Source: Sarea resinae
Taxonomy: Eukaryota
Assembly: GCA_026026165.1 (NCBI GenBank)
Contig: JAPEUD010000012.1
Location: 434,001 to 498,000, forward strand
Length of the DNA: 64,000 bases
Direction: 5' to 3'
Below are positions 1-13,803 of this stretch, piece after piece. The notes beneath the pieces were generated by a model. The model worked only from the letters and a program-made list of their open reading frames with translations. It was not told where the DNA came from and did not search any database. Positions within the stretch are counted from its first letter, which is position 1. Each line of letters opens with the position of its first letter. The translations under genes were made by a program, and so were the position numbers.

Positions 1-278
1 GATTCGAGCCCCTTGAGTGAACGTACGATGTTGGCGCGAGACGCCCAAGGACAGCCGCGCGCGATGTAAAGGACGTAGCGGCCTTTTGCCGGAGGAAAAA
101 TGGCGCCAGGAAGACGGGAGATAGTGGAGCGGAATGCTGTCGGTGGGTGGAGGAAACCAAGGCCCGGTCCGACCTTGGGGTGGGAGTCTTGGCTCTAGAT
201 TGCGGGATATCAGCTTGAACTGTGGGATGGAGAGGAGGGAGGGAGGAAGGTGGTAATGACTGTGTCTTCTCCTGCCAT
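1..278 (-). CDS. Glutathionyl-hydroquinone reductase / omega-like glutathione transferase (Ecm4/YqjG family), 5' part; runs off the left edge
   Basis: Not in the ORF track. ATG at 278, 18-nt exon 1 (MAGEDT), intron 260-195 (weak GTCATT donor, TAG acceptor). Exon 2 reads ...GFLHPPTAFRSTISRLPGAIFPPAKGRYVLYIARGCPWASRANIVRSLKGLE, with the CPWA active-site motif and family-typical context. Confidence 0.9.
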
Positions 279-295
279 TTTCTTTAGTCGGTGGA

Positions 296-320
296 TGGTG
301 GTGGTGGTGGTGGTGGTGGT
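296..320. repeat. (TGG)n microsatellite
   Basis: About 8 tandem TGG units just upstream of the GST start codon. Confidence 0.9.
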
Positions 321-1494
321 GTACGATTGTTGGAAACGGCGTCTCCACATGCGTGTGAGAGCTAGGTGTCCGGCAGCTAGATGACGACTGTTATTCTGGC
401 TAGATAAGGTTCCTGTCAGCTTGAGAAGCAAACCAGAGTATTCGTGGATATATTGATTTATTGATCAACAGCCACTGCATCCAGGTCAGCATGGGATAGT
501 CAGCGCGGAAAGACTGAGCACCGAATGAGCGAGGGCCGAGCGATGTTCGAGTGCGTGGGGTATATATTGCCTTTGTACGGTATGATGTAGGCAACATAGC
601 CTAGGGCTGATGATTCGATGATGCAACTCTTGCCGTGGGGGACGAGACACGTTCCGGGTTCCCTTCCAGGCACCCATCAATACAATCACGCCTCCACGCC
701 TCCACGCCTCCACGCCAGGCGCCAGGAGCCAGGAGCCAAGAGTCAGAACAAAGCACACCTACGACGGAGCAATTTAGGCACGTCATGACTGTCACGTATT
801 CGGCTACGGTACAACAGAGCTCATGATAAAGTCGACTTTTGTTTTCTGGGGGTATCTAGAAGCCATCTCAACTCTACATTGACGACAAAGTCTCCAGTAG
901 AAAGAATCCAGCCGCGTTCAACCTTGAGAGCCCCTCATAATCGCGCTGCGGAGATCCATAATGCCCCTCAAGATTGGTGAAATTCCTTTTGCTCCCTTGA
1001 GAACACGCTGGGTTCGTTGTCGTCGTCGTCATCGTCGTTGTCAAAGTGTCTATGTCAAAAGTCATGACCATCTCTATGCTCATCAAATATTGCGGCCTTG
1101 TCCGCAAATAAGCTATACACCGTTGCGCCGTTTCTTCATTCGACGTGATTATCACGCCTACCTTCCCAGCTATCTTGGTCTGCCAATCAATTCAGCATCG
1201 ACTCTGGTCCTGTCCATGTAGCGTCATCCTTGTAGAGCATAGTAAAGCCCAGATTTGTCGTTATCGCTCGAAATGACCATCGTAACAACAGCTTGCCACC
1301 TGAGATACACTTACTCGATCTCATCGAAGCATGGAGCTCCCGACACGAAGTGATGATATCAAAGAGCCTCCCTATGCAAACGTAGCCACCTTGTTGGCCA
1401 ATCTCAAACGATGGCGTACCATTCGATCAAACGCCTGACAGCCTTCCAGAACCTGACCAGTACGGAGCCCACGCCACGAGAACATGGCACGCTT

Positions 1495-2298
1495 TCATAA
1501 GATTGTACATTTCTTTGGCATCTTCTCCTTGTGTCGATAGTGTCTGTGCTCTCGGTCACGATCTCTGTCACCGGGTCCACTGGCTTTCCCCGGGTCGGAC
1601 CCATGTCGTTCTTCTGCTCTTTGTCGTTGCCGGCGAAGCTGCCTGACCACCTCGTAGAACGCCTGTTCCACATTCACACAATTCTTCGCCGATGCTTCCA
1701 CGAAGTCACATCCAAGCCTTCTTGCCTCGCTCTGGCCTTCCTGGGTCGAAACTTCTCGTTCGGTGATTCTGTCATTCTTGTTTCCAACAAGCATGATTGG
1801 TACTGACGAGCCTTCCAACGATCCTCCCGTCGACCCAGAGGTCAAAGGTGACCCTGGATACGCACTGCTCATTGGCGAGCCTAAGTATCGACTCGAGGTC
1901 GGTGAAGCCATGTTTGACGCCTCCTTCACCCTTTGAATGTGGTTGTAGAACTTTTCTATCCGGGAGAATGACGACCGAGAAGATATGCTGTACACCAGAA
2001 CAAAGCCCTCGCCATCTCTGATCCATTGATCCCGAAGAGCCGTGTATTCCTCTTGCCCGGCCGTGTCCAGAACCTCTAGCATGCACGGCTGACCGTCGAT
2101 CTGGACTTGTTTCCGATACGAGTCTTCAATGGTGGGGTCATAAGTTTCGACGAAGTGATTAAGACAGAGCTATAGTCTGTCAGTCCTTGTTTCTTCATGG
2201 AATAATTTCAAGCGTCAAACCTGTATCGTCAAGGCCGTTTTCCCCACTCCTCCATCGCCTAACACCACCAGCTTATACATGGTCATCTTCCCCGCCAT
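1495..2298 (-). CDS. RAS2: Ras small GTPase, fungal Ras2/RasB type
   Basis: Exon 1 2298-2221 (MAGKMTMYKLVVLGDGGVGKTALTIQ), intron 2220-2170, exon 2 LCLNHFVETYDPTIEDSYRKQ...DTAGQEEY...NKND...EASAK; C-terminal CAAX box CTIL. Confidence 0.97.
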
Positions 2299-3499
2299 TT
2301 CTGATTTTGCGTGATGCGACTGACCCGATTCGTCTGATTAAGTTGAAAAAGGTGTGCGATTGCTATGGAGTTCGATGTCGCAAAGATCAGGCGGCGACAC
2401 AGACCTCTTAAGACCGAATTATTTTCACTGCCACGTCGACGAGTCCCAATTGATTCGACGATGTTCTGCCCGGCGACAAGAGTGTTGTAAGGAGCTGGAG
2501 GTCGCGGCAGCTTTCAAGGTTCACGAGCGCGCTTTGCTCGCCACGAGGCCGGTTGTGGCTTTCAGACTCTCGAAACGGATATCTCGTATGCCGATGTGCC
2601 CAAAGGGACTTTGTAGATGTCGTCAACGATGTCGAACCGAGGAAGGGCGTCGAGTCAGGAACTCTTCGGTAAGCTTGCGTGTCTCTGCGAAGCTTTTCGA
2701 CGTAGCTTTCCGCTGTCCGAGGCCAGGGATGACCGGACTCCCAGTGATACGTGAGAGCGATAAGCCAATTGATCTCACGCCGAGGAACGTTTCCTTTTAG
2801 AGACGGGGGCACAATTGGGGACAACAACTCTCTGTGTTCCCAAAGTAAAGAGGGTGAGGCGGTCCTTTTTTCCCGAAGGCGGCAGACTGCAGCTTCAGAG
2901 AGTATGTTGTGTTCTGCCACAGGAAACGAATGCACGAGAGAAACACGTGGAGTACTGAGGGGAGGCTATTTGTGTGACGAGCTTAATCTCGTGGGATTGG
3001 TAGTGGGTTTCTCTCTGTTTCGGAAGCGTCCGTGGGGGTCGCCTTTGCTGAAGTTGGGCGGAAGAAGCAAGCAACGAGCGTTGAAGATAAGTAGGTAACC
3101 ACAGGGCTACACGTCCACGGGGGCGAAGGTGTCAAATACTGTGCGTGTCTGGCCAGAGCGGATTGAAGGTAAAGTGATTGAGTGAGTGAGCGAGTGATAG
3201 AGTGATAGAGCGAGTGAAGCGTGCGGATGAGCTCCGTCCTCTCTGAGCTGACTGAGTGGAGTTGGGGCTACAAACGAAAAATTGGGTCCGGACCACACGA
3301 TGCAACACCGAGAGTAGATGGCGAGCGCGGGAATAGCACGACACAAGCAGAGGCGGAGAAGAGGAAAAGGTATGATCGGGCCGTGGGAGGGGAGGAAGGA
3401 AGTTGACACTCAGCAGGGTGGAAGAGTGGAGGAGGAGCAAGAGGCAGTGGTGGAATAGTAAGGTTGTGGTGGAGCTGGAAGATAGTCCAGGTGTGGTGT

Positions 3500-3640
3500 A
3501 TGGTGTATGCTCGACAGATCAAGGGTAGTGGCAGCAGCAAGCAGCAGCGAGCAGCAACAGCAAGCAGCAATGGTAAAGTAGCAAACAGCTTTTAGCAAGC
3601 AAGCTTAAGGTGGCGGTAGCGGTAGCGGTAGCGGTAGCGG
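3500..3640. repeat. Low-complexity simple repeats (imperfect CAG/GCA run and (GCGGTA)x4) upstream of RAS2
   Basis: gcagcagcaagcagcagcgagcagcaacagcaagcagc and gcggtagcggtagcggtagcggtagcgg are directly visible. Confidence 0.8.
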
Positions 3641-6600
3641 GCGAGGGGACTTGGGGGACTAAAGGTTGAGAGCTAGGAGGACTGTTGCTAGTAGAGAGTA
3701 GGTGGAAGACTACATGAGGGAGAGGACTAAAGGTGCTGGGAAGATTCATGTTTGGATTGGACTGGACTGCCGACTACTTTTTCCTACCATACCCTACTAT
3801 TACTGGCGTCGACGGGGAGAGACGGAGGGCAGTGGGCAGTGGGCAGCGGGCACCGTCCTAGGGTGGGAAATAATGGGTAGCTGGAGCCTGCTGGAGGGAG
3901 GGGTGGAAAAAAGTCTCCATTTGGGAGCACAGAGGGGGGCGAAAGGACATAGGGACCTTGTGTACTCTGTTTGGTCGAATTCCTCCCCTTCCCTTGTCAT
4001 CCCTTCCCTTCCATTTACTCGTCCTTCTCTGGGGATATTCGGCCTCTCGCCTCTTCTCGAACGAGAGAGCGGTCGAGCGAAAGGGATCGATTGATGGAAG
4101 GGGGGAGGTTGCGGTGGTGCGTTCGGCGACATATGCAAGCGAAAAGTCGGATTTTTCGGATTTTCGGTTGTAAAATGTCAATAATAATGTGGTCAGTGCA
4201 GTGTCAGGACATCATCCATGGATGGCATCGAACGCAGAAGAGGTCAGAGAGCTCGCCAGTCCGTGTGTAGGGTGTGGGGAGCACTGTATTTATCTCCAGT
4301 ACTCCAGAGTAGAATGGAAGAGGAGACGACAACGACGATCAAGGTTCATGTATGCTTTTCGCAGGAGCCTCTGAGAAGCGCTTTGACGAGCGGCTTCTAT
4401 TTCTAAATTTTCTCATACGGTCTCCCCAGTCTGTCTTTCTGCAGCTTTGCAGGAGCTCGAGCTCCTCTTTTGCGGCGAAGTTCCTCCTCCCCCCTTTGCC
4501 CCCTCCCATCCCTTCTCCTCTCTCTCTCCTCCTCCCCTCTCTCCTCTCCTCTTCAGTTGCAATCCTTAGCTCGAGAAGGTGGTGGCCCTTGGCCCACATG
4601 GGCATATCTAAGCTGCAAAAGTAGTGGTACATGTCAGGCCGTCAAGATTGCCGAGCAAACAGAGGTACTCTCTTCTGGACACGCACCAGCTCGCGTGGCT
4701 ATAAACTTTCACCACATAGCTACTAGTAATGGTAAGGTCAAGTGCACGAATGGCACGCGCGGATCCAGCCAGCTCTCTGTCTCGCCCTCCGAGCGGTGCG
4801 ACCCATCTATCCGTCCAAGACAGTAGACGCCAATTCGTACCGATACCCAACGCCGTTATATTGTGGTGGTACGCACCGTCCACTCCTACGTAAGTCACAT
4901 AGCCAGCCAGTCGGTTCACTCGTCCAGACTCTGTACCTTTACTCCAGAGTGGTGGTGAGGACTGGAAGTCGGCATGGAGGCCGCTGGGAGACAAGACCAA
5001 GAGATACATGGATACAGTAGTGAAGTATTCCAGGCGCACGCACACGGCGAGGGCCGCCAGACAAGCCTTTTCCCTCGAGCACGCACAGATGCAAATTCTT
5101 CAGAACCGTCGGCAGAATGCTAATGGAATCTTCGATGCGCTTCTGCAGAGACAAGGCCATGAGTGCACATTCTCGAGGCGTCTCACTGGCTCCAGGGACG
5201 GATTTAACTGCCTCGGTGGTGACCGTCGGTTCAATTGAAACGGGATGCTGTTGGGTATACCGAACAGTACGTTTCCGAAGCATCCGTTCTGGTGACCGAT
5301 CAAGTATGCGCAAGTACTTCGTAGACGGGTGAGCAAGGTCGAAGAGACGGTAAGTCTGCAATGCAGACATCCCTGACTCGGCACTCCCACCGACCCGACG
5401 CATATCGTACTCCGATCCCCTCAACGGCAACGATCGTCTCGATGTTGTACCTGGCAGACAATTGCCGTCTGTATTTGATATGCCTGCAGCGGTGGCTTCC
5501 AGCAGCACCTGTAGCAGTGGCCCTATGAAGTAGCGGAGCAGTGTAGAACCAACAAGAACATGCCTACTCCTACTCCGTACGGTGAGAGTGAACGCAATCA
5601 CCTCCTCCAGCGGATTCTCGCCGTGCGAGGCGTGCATTAATACCTACGTATGTAGTACTCTAATGCTACTACTAACTCTGTGACTTGGCTGGCTACCTAC
5701 CTTGCCTACATAGTACCTTGCCTACCTTGCTTGCCTTGAACCCCATGTTTTCTCGCAATGCCCCGACGAGCCTCGAAATGGCAAGGTTCCAATCCCGTCC
5801 ATCATACGACCGACTCAGCTATTCCGACCAATGTCTTGCTTGGTAAGATGCTCGAGCGGGACGGCTCGCGCAGCAGCCTCAACAACCAGCAATAATGATA
5901 ACATCCATCAACATTGAAGTCGGCAAGCGAGCTCGCCCGGCGAGACAGAACTAAGACGAACGAGCACCGATAGCACTCATAGCAGCTCTGTCACTACCGA
6001 CACACATCCTGTGTATGAAGTAGGTCCGCAGAGCTCCTCGCTCGCCCGCTTCTCGCCCGCTTCCTGCCGACTGCTCGCGTCGAGCTGCATGCTGTCGATC
6101 TTTACCGCTACTGAGCCCACATTCGTGGATTCATTGATGAGTCTCTATCATCGAAAGGAGTATAGAGAGATGATGCAATTCTTCCACCAAGGTATATCTA
6201 TCTCAAGCACTACTCGGAGTACTCCGGAGTAGTGCCGTCGTGTCTCTATGCAGCCAGCAACAGAGAAAGGAGACCGTGCAATACGCTGTGGGCATCATAA
6301 TGACAGGGCCCAGCAGTAGCAAAGCCTCAGACTCTCGTGGGAGATAATGCCGTAATCACAACTGCTTTGGGCACTCAGATGCCTACCCCAAGTTTCGACT
6401 TATCCAGCTATCCACCCAGCCAAGAACTATCACGATAGCATCTTCAGCCATCCATCCCTTTTGCACCTCCCCCTTCAAGCCTAGCCCCCCTGTACCCGAG
6501 CGAAGAGCCTCGCCTCACCTGAGCTGGGTCGCCTCGTCTGGTCTCGTCACGCCCCGCCCGTCTACTTCATAGTTTACCTGTCCGTATGCAAAGCGCATCC

Positions 6601-8287
6601 ATGCCACCATACCCACGCCGCGTGCTCTCGCTCTTCACCCGCAGAGATACATACATCACGCACGCACAGACAGATGCACACGCTTTCGCACCGCGCGCGC
6701 CCACGCAGGCGGCGCGGTGCCTCTAAGGACGGAGCAGGTTACGGAGTTTGTGGACACGACACCACCACCGTGGAGAGCAGCAGGCGGAGAGGAGGAACAC
6801 CATCTTGATTCCCAGGAGGGGCATCGGAACCGAGGCTCGAAGGCGTCCCCTGTGCCTCTCCTTCGGGTCATATATCAGACCTCTTCGACCAATCGAGTTT
6901 TTTCTCTGATCGGCCGAGAGGCATCAATGCAATCACTAAAGAGCTATGCACTCGCCCTGCATGTAGCACACGAGGCAGATGCAACGACCGCTACATACAC
7001 ATCACAGTGTACTTCAGTATGCATACTGTGTACCTTATATACGAACCACCCTAGCTAAGTCCCCGCTCTCTCTCACCCCGGCCGCATCCCTTGGCCCTTG
7101 ACCGCTGGACTCCGTCAACTGCATGAGGATGCACTCACGTGAAATGAGGTAAACTTATCCTTGGGTATTGATGGGGGATAGGGAGCCGCTGCGAGCCGGT
7201 AGTAGCACACCGAGTACATACTCCGGAGTAGTGGTAGTATTGGCTGTTGATAATCCTCTGTTGTTTGATCGCCGTCAATCGTTCTTTCTCACCCTTGATA
7301 TCGTAGTCCGTCATTGGTGCCTCGCCGTCCTCACTCACGAGTCTGACATGACCTCCATCCAGTTCCGGCTGCTCAGACCAACAGCCGGGCTGCCCTCTGA
7401 TCTGAGATCGAAAATGGCCGTTATCGTCCGTCGTACCTTATATAGTTCCGTCCTTCCGAGTACGTAGTAGATTGTGCACACCCCATTAATGAACGCCCTT
7501 CTTCTTTCGTTGCTTCCTAGCTCGAGATTGCATACTCGACGGGGTCCATATGCCTACATCACAGAACCCACCAAGTCGTGAAGCTCATGTTCACATCTGG
7601 GAGTTGTATGTGTGGCTTCGGCAATCGTGTCGTGCTGAATGAAGATGGGCTGTTTGTTGTGGAATGGTAAGCAAGCTGCTGTGCTGTGCTTTGTTGATAT
7701 CGATATCCCCTCTTCTGTATCTTTTTTTCATATCTCAACGTTTGCAATTCCCTTTTCCTGTACTCGTCGCTTTTTTCACGGTTTACATTCTCGGTTCTGT
7801 TCAAGGTCATTTGAAAATTTTGGTTACATCTCCTTTGCTCCCAGAACGAGAGGCGATGAATGTGGTGGATAGTAGGGTGTCTATTGAGATCATATCATGT
7901 CTTATTATTGTGTATGCATTGCTTTGTGTCTAGGAGGGATGATTATTCGATCAGCTCGAATTGGTCAAGAACGGGGATCTCAGGCACACCGTGTCAAATC
8001 CTAGAGGAAAAGAACAAACCAATTCAATCCTCTTGCATGAAATTCCCTGGCGCCTACTCTACTTTTCTGCTACTGTTCAAGAGAGAAGACCCTCTGAAGA
8101 GAGGCATGTATGAGGAAGAAGTCGTGGCTCTCTAGAGAGATTGCACATACACATGTATGCATACTGATTGCTATATACAGTAAGATCAGATTCAGAAATT
8201 CATCATATATCAATACCGCAATGCCAGCCAAACATGGCGCCCGCTCTGTAGCAAAAGATCATCGACGGAAATGCGGGAAAATCAAAT

Positions 8288-10566
8288 TCACAGCCTCGCC
8301 TTCACTTTCTCCTCGGTAGGCTGATGAATATCCCCTCCCTTTTCCAGGAAGTACTCGCGGATCTTCTGCTGCGCGACCACGAGCGTCTTAGGATCCTCGA
8401 GGGTGGCAGGAGCAGCGACCTCCTTGTCGAACTCGCCATGGACCGCGTTCTCGACCAGCTCCCTCAACACCCTTCTTAGTGTCTTGCCGCTTCTCGTCTT
8501 GGGGATCATGTGGCGGCCCTGCACGATGCCGCCCAGAGTAGCGATGGCGCCGATCTGCTCTCGCACGAGCGTCTGGATCGACTTTTCGAGTTCCTTGGAG
8601 GGAATGGCGCTCTCCGGATGGTCGGTGGCGTCGAGCGTAATAAATCCGAAAGGAAGGTGGCCTTTGAGACTGTCTGGGATGCCGACGACGCAGCATTCGG
8701 CTACGGAGTCGTGGGAGAGGATGGCTTGTTCGATGGCGCCTGGAGGTCACGAAGTCAGAATTGTGATTGCAATAGGAGACGTGGTGTGGAAGAGAAGAGG
8801 GAAAACCCACCCGTACTGAATCGATGCGCGGCAACGTTGATGATGTCGTCGGAACGAGACATGATGTGCACGTAGCCATCTTGATCAATCATGCCCGCAT
8901 CACCGGTATCGATCCATTTCCCCTCGAATCGCTTCATGTACCCCTTATAGAAACGCTCCTCGTCCCTCCACAACGTCGTCAGGCCTGTGGGAGCAAGTGG
9001 GATCGCAAGAACGATATTTCCCATTTTCCCCTGTTCGGAGAGCTCCTTTCCCTCATCATCCACCAGTCGCACGTCGAAACCTGGCATGGGTTTTCCAGCA
9101 GAGCCCGGTTTGATGGGGAGGGGTTTCGATTTCTGGTTTCCGGGGTTTTGGAGACCCGCTGCGGCGTTGAGAGCGATCCCAGTGATGGGGGAGCCCGACT
9201 CCGAGGACCACCAATTATCGACCACCATGGCCCCTGGGGCGGCATACTTCTGAAGCAAAGTCTGATACATCTGCACGATGCTCGGCTCACTCCTCTCTCC
9301 AGCTAAGAAAATGGCCTTTAAGGACTTCAACCCACCGCGCTTGCCAATCTTCTGGAAGAACTCGCTATGTGGGTCATACTTCCTGATCCCACGCAGCGCA
9401 GTCGGCGCCGTACTGAGAACACTGACTTTGTGCTTCTCGACGATGCGCCAAAAGGTCCCCGCGTCAGGCGTGGCGACGGGCTTTCCCTCGAAGATTACGG
9501 TTGCGGCCCCTGCGAGAAGAGGGCCGTAGATGATGTAGGAATGGCCGACTACCCAGCCGATGTCCGATGAGCAGAACATGACGTCTCCTGGACCATCCAT
9601 GCCGTAGAGATGTCTGATGGAGAGGTTGAGTCCCACCGCATGCCCGCCTGCATTACGGATGATGCCTTTGGGTGAACCCGTGGTTCCTGGATCTGATTAG
9701 CATCGTACGTTGTTAAACATAGGCCGACGAGGGCCAGCTTACCACTCGTATAGATGATATAAAGAGGATCGGAGCTCTTAACCGGCACCGTCTCGGCCTT
9801 CAATCCCCTCCTCTTCGCATTCCTGACCAACTCCTGCCAGCACTTCTCACCGTTCTGCCCGATGGGCTCCCAGCGCAGTTCCTCCCGTTGCCAAACAATG
9901 ACTCTCTCGACCTTGGACTCGGCTTGCTTCAGTGCACCCTGCACGAGAGGCTTGTAGTCAACTTCACCCTTGATACCGACGACACCGCACGAGGCAGTCA
10001 TAATTGCTTTGGGGGTGCAGGCATCTATGCGCTGGGCTAGTGCGGGAGAAGAAAAGCCACCAAAGACGATGGCATGGATGGCACCAAGGCGTGCGACGGC
10101 AAGGATGGCGAATAGTGCTGCGGGGATCATAGGCACTGCATGGTGTTAAGGAAGGTTGTATGAAAGGAGAGGGCCACGGATACATACTGTAAATAAGAAC
10201 CACATCCCCCTTTTTCACTCCTTCTTCCCTCAATACGCCAGCCAAGGTCTCCACCTCAGTCAATAGCTGACTGTAACTATACTTCTCGGCCTTCTTCGTG
10301 ACAGGTGATTCCCAAATCACAGCCGGCGAATCCCCAAGTCCGTTCGCAACATGGCGATCGACGCAGTTGTAACTCGTCGAGATCTCACCGTCTGGGAACC
10401 ATGACCAGTGTGGGTGTTTGGTTCCGCTGGGAAGCGACTTGGTTGTTTTCTTGAATGCGGACGAAGGCTTCTTGTGCCAATGCAGCTGAGCGGCTTGGTG
10501 GGTCCAAAAAGCTTCGGGATCCTTTAGGGAGGAGGCTTGAACTTGGTCTTGGAGATGCGGCGACAT
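8288..10566 (-). CDS. Acyl-CoA synthetase, propionate/acetate-CoA ligase (PrpE/ACSS3-like), with C-terminal PTS1-like -ARL
   Basis: 4 exons (introns 10187-10136, 9742-9687, 8810-8740). AMP-binding motif YIIYTSGTTGSPKG across a splice; SDIGWVVGHSY, DNWWSSESG, DTGDAG, RSDDIINVAAHR, PKTRSGK. Confidence 0.95.
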
Positions 10567-13500
10567 ATTGCGGAGATGAAGCCAATAATACAGGACGATC
10601 GACTACTCCTTGTTTCCGGCACCGTACCTTTGTCGAGAAGATGAGATGGAATTGCGTCTCTTATGGATTTATACTCTCACTCTTAATGGCAACCCAATTT
10701 CGCGTCAGAGTTCGGTATAAGCATATCATCGGTACGAGGGCATTCGGGTCAGCGGGGGATGGCCAAAAACGTCATTATTGATGGTATGGATGGCATCCCT
10801 CGATCCCGCCCCCACCCCCCAATAAGGTAGCACTGATCGAAGCAAGTCCTGGATTAGCACGACCCAGGAGTTACACGGCCGTCTGACGAACCCGGTACCG
10901 ATCCCTATTGTTTGGGCTGAAGGGTACCGAGACAAGCAGCCCTGGAGTCCTCTGCCAACTTCTGACTCGGTCTAGACCAGCCATTCGGGCCTGCACCAAT
11001 GGTATTGTGGGGTATCTACCTTACTCATAGTAGAACGACGTACTGGGTACTGCATACTGCGCAGTACGTACTCGGCGGTAGTGTTGAGCCGCAGAGTCCG
11101 CGGCAAGTACTCCGAAGTACCTTCCTCCAGCAGTTCGTCGTCTTTCCTTATCCCCCGCATTTTCGGTAGACTGGCAATGGCATCCAATCCACGCTCTATC
11201 GGTTCTTCCAAGGCTCCATTCGGCTATCAGCCCGGATCTGTCGGTCCGTTGTCGGAATTGCATGAAGCTTCCCGGGCCATGTCCTGGACACATAACAGAC
11301 GAAACCAAACACACTTTCTACCCAGGCGACATACCTCCTAGAAGCTGGGATTGTTGTGGATCAGCACTAGGTGCTAGAAGCTAAGAATAGAAGGGAGAGA
11401 TAAGACCGTAAGACGAGGTATAAGCAGGGAGGAGAGTCTTTTATCAAACCGACTCAGGTGGAAACAGAGCCTCCTGATTTCGAATGACATCTAGTATTCG
11501 AATGCCATGGTATTGATCTTGGAGGATAGTGTTTGTCACAGCCTGCATATACCATGTTCGAGGTGAATTGCTGGTTAGGTACAATGGCTGTGGCCCCGAG
11601 TTTGGTGTTTGCTCTGTTGGTGCAGTGAACTCGGTACCCGTCTCCTTGACTTGCAACCCGGCTGACATGGAGGGGTTATGTGTCACTCTATCTCATCGAT
11701 CCCTGTGACTATCTGATTATACAGTTGCTCGGCCAGGTTGCCAGCCTGGGAGAGAAGAAGGTCATAGCCGAGTCCCTTTGAAAGTTGACATTACCACAAC
11801 GCAACAGCACCCTCTTTCATTTCCTTTGGGTATATATATTTATCAATCTTTTGACCACTTATCCACGGCATAAATCGACGAGCTAAACAATGATTCAAAC
11901 AGGTAAGTGAGACCTTTAGTAGCAAGCAAGCTGTAGGACACGCATATGCCATCAAGGATATTCTCAATTCCAAGCTACTACCTAGCCAATAAAAATATTC
12001 TCACACGATTACGCGTAAAGACTGTCATCAGGGAGATTCAAACGAGATAGAAAATAAGGCGGTATTGAATCGGCACACCCAATCACCACAGACAACATGT
12101 TAATTAATTATGTAGCAGATGACAGCAGGAAGCAATGACTTTCCAAGAGTGCCTCGAGTCAGAAAATTGCTCAGGAGCGGGCGTGCCTTACTGGAAGCGC
12201 AATGAGAGACTCAGGCCAAATGCAAAGTAGAATATGGTCGGTGGTATGCGGTGACTCACCAAAATAGATCGGGGTTTCCATGTAAGGCATAGGGCCAGAT
12301 TGTGAGACAGCGAAACTTATCTAATTCGACCCGGGAACGGTGTCTAATAATGGAGTTTATATAGAGTACCGGAGGAGTGATAATATTCGCTCATCCAGGC
12401 TTGCAGCCAGAGAGGAAACTGGGGCAGGGAAGATGCGCTGTGTAGCCTTGATATGCCTGCTCTAATGTAATACCACCCGGACCGTGCTTCTTACATCGGC
12501 CTCAATTTCTTTTCCATCATGACAATACTTAGCAAATATTTCGCAGATCACCTCATCTAACCTTTGTCTGCGTACAGCTGATCAGACAACTCTACGAAGT
12601 TGGTAATTATCAGCACTTTCGGAGACATTCGTAATGAAGCGCGGAGTATCCCCTGCCCTAGACTCGTTGTAAAGCTTGGGTGATGAGCAAAGCAATCATC
12701 CTATCGATGTTCTAAAAGGGACTATATCTGCGCTGTCCTGAGTCACCGAGAAGCATAGTGTGATCTCTGGGGCCAGCGGACACCAACGCAGAAGCTCTTT
12801 TGAACTCGTCTTTGGTAAGACCAGAAACGTGGGGACACGGGCCTGGATTGACCTCCCGGGTGTATTTTGGCATATTCTAATAATTGCGTACAATGTGTGT
12901 ACTCAATCGGTCGAAAGTCTACCCCGTACAGGTCAAGTCGTGCCAATATCAAGCTCATGTTATGATGCTTCGCCAAGTTCTAGCTTTCCCATCGAAGATT
13001 TGATAGAGAGTGATGACAAGTAGCTCGACTCAAGTAAGATACGAAGAGCCTTCTCTCTCTGACTAACGTAACCTATTGGCCAGTAAATCATGATTGGGCG
13101 TGCCAACAGTCACATGCTATATGCGTCGCGCGGCCTAGTAGCCATCTAAATGACGCAGCGTGTCTCTGCGGGAAGGAGCCTGGCAATTTCTGAGCGTCCA
13201 GGGATCCTGATCCTGATCTTGACATTTTCCAAGGTGCGTCGACGATGTCAGTGTGTCTTTGTGCCGTAACGAAGGCCTGAGTGATGTTTCAATGTCCTTG
13301 CCGCCAGCGAAGCAAAGCGTAGATTGGCGCAAATCAAGCTTAGACAGGCGGCTACGGCGTGATAAGCGAGGCGCCATTGCCCAGGTGAGCAAATCCAAAC
13401 TCGGACTCCTGAATGAGATAGGTAGCATCGCTGGAGCAAGAGGAGCAGCAGAAGTCTGGGAACTTTCCTATGGGAGCATTAAACCCAAAGCCGCAGGTAG

Positions 13501-13803
13501 AAATCTTACATAAAAGGGCGGGGATCGTCGATTTTGCTCCCCACAAGCTCGTGAACATGGGATGCATTGGAGTATGTGAAGAGCCATGGCTTAGATGCTG
13601 CCTGGAACAAGGATCAGGATCAGCGTCATCCTCCTTCATCATCAGGCAACCGAGAATTTAGGCAACTGCAGTGAGTTGGAAGTGCGGACCGAGCAATGGA
13701 ACGCGCGTTCTGTGGCGAGTTGCATCCGCATCGTATTTGGAGGTTATATCTTGGATCAAACCCTCCGGAAAAGCTTCACTTTCTTACGTCGTGCTATTAG
13801 ACC

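Noticed and set aside
1800..1915. Ser/Gly/Pro-rich insertion in Ras2
   Set aside because: Variable insertions at this position are usual in filamentous-fungal Ras2/RasB proteins.
2354..2935. Overlapping ORFs just upstream of RAS2
   Set aside because: Non-ATG starts and no motifs; likely 5' leader or promoter sequence.
11400..13500. Possible decayed gene(s) on the minus strand
   Set aside because: Only short stop-interrupted frames with no recognisable motif; cannot be supported without a homology search.
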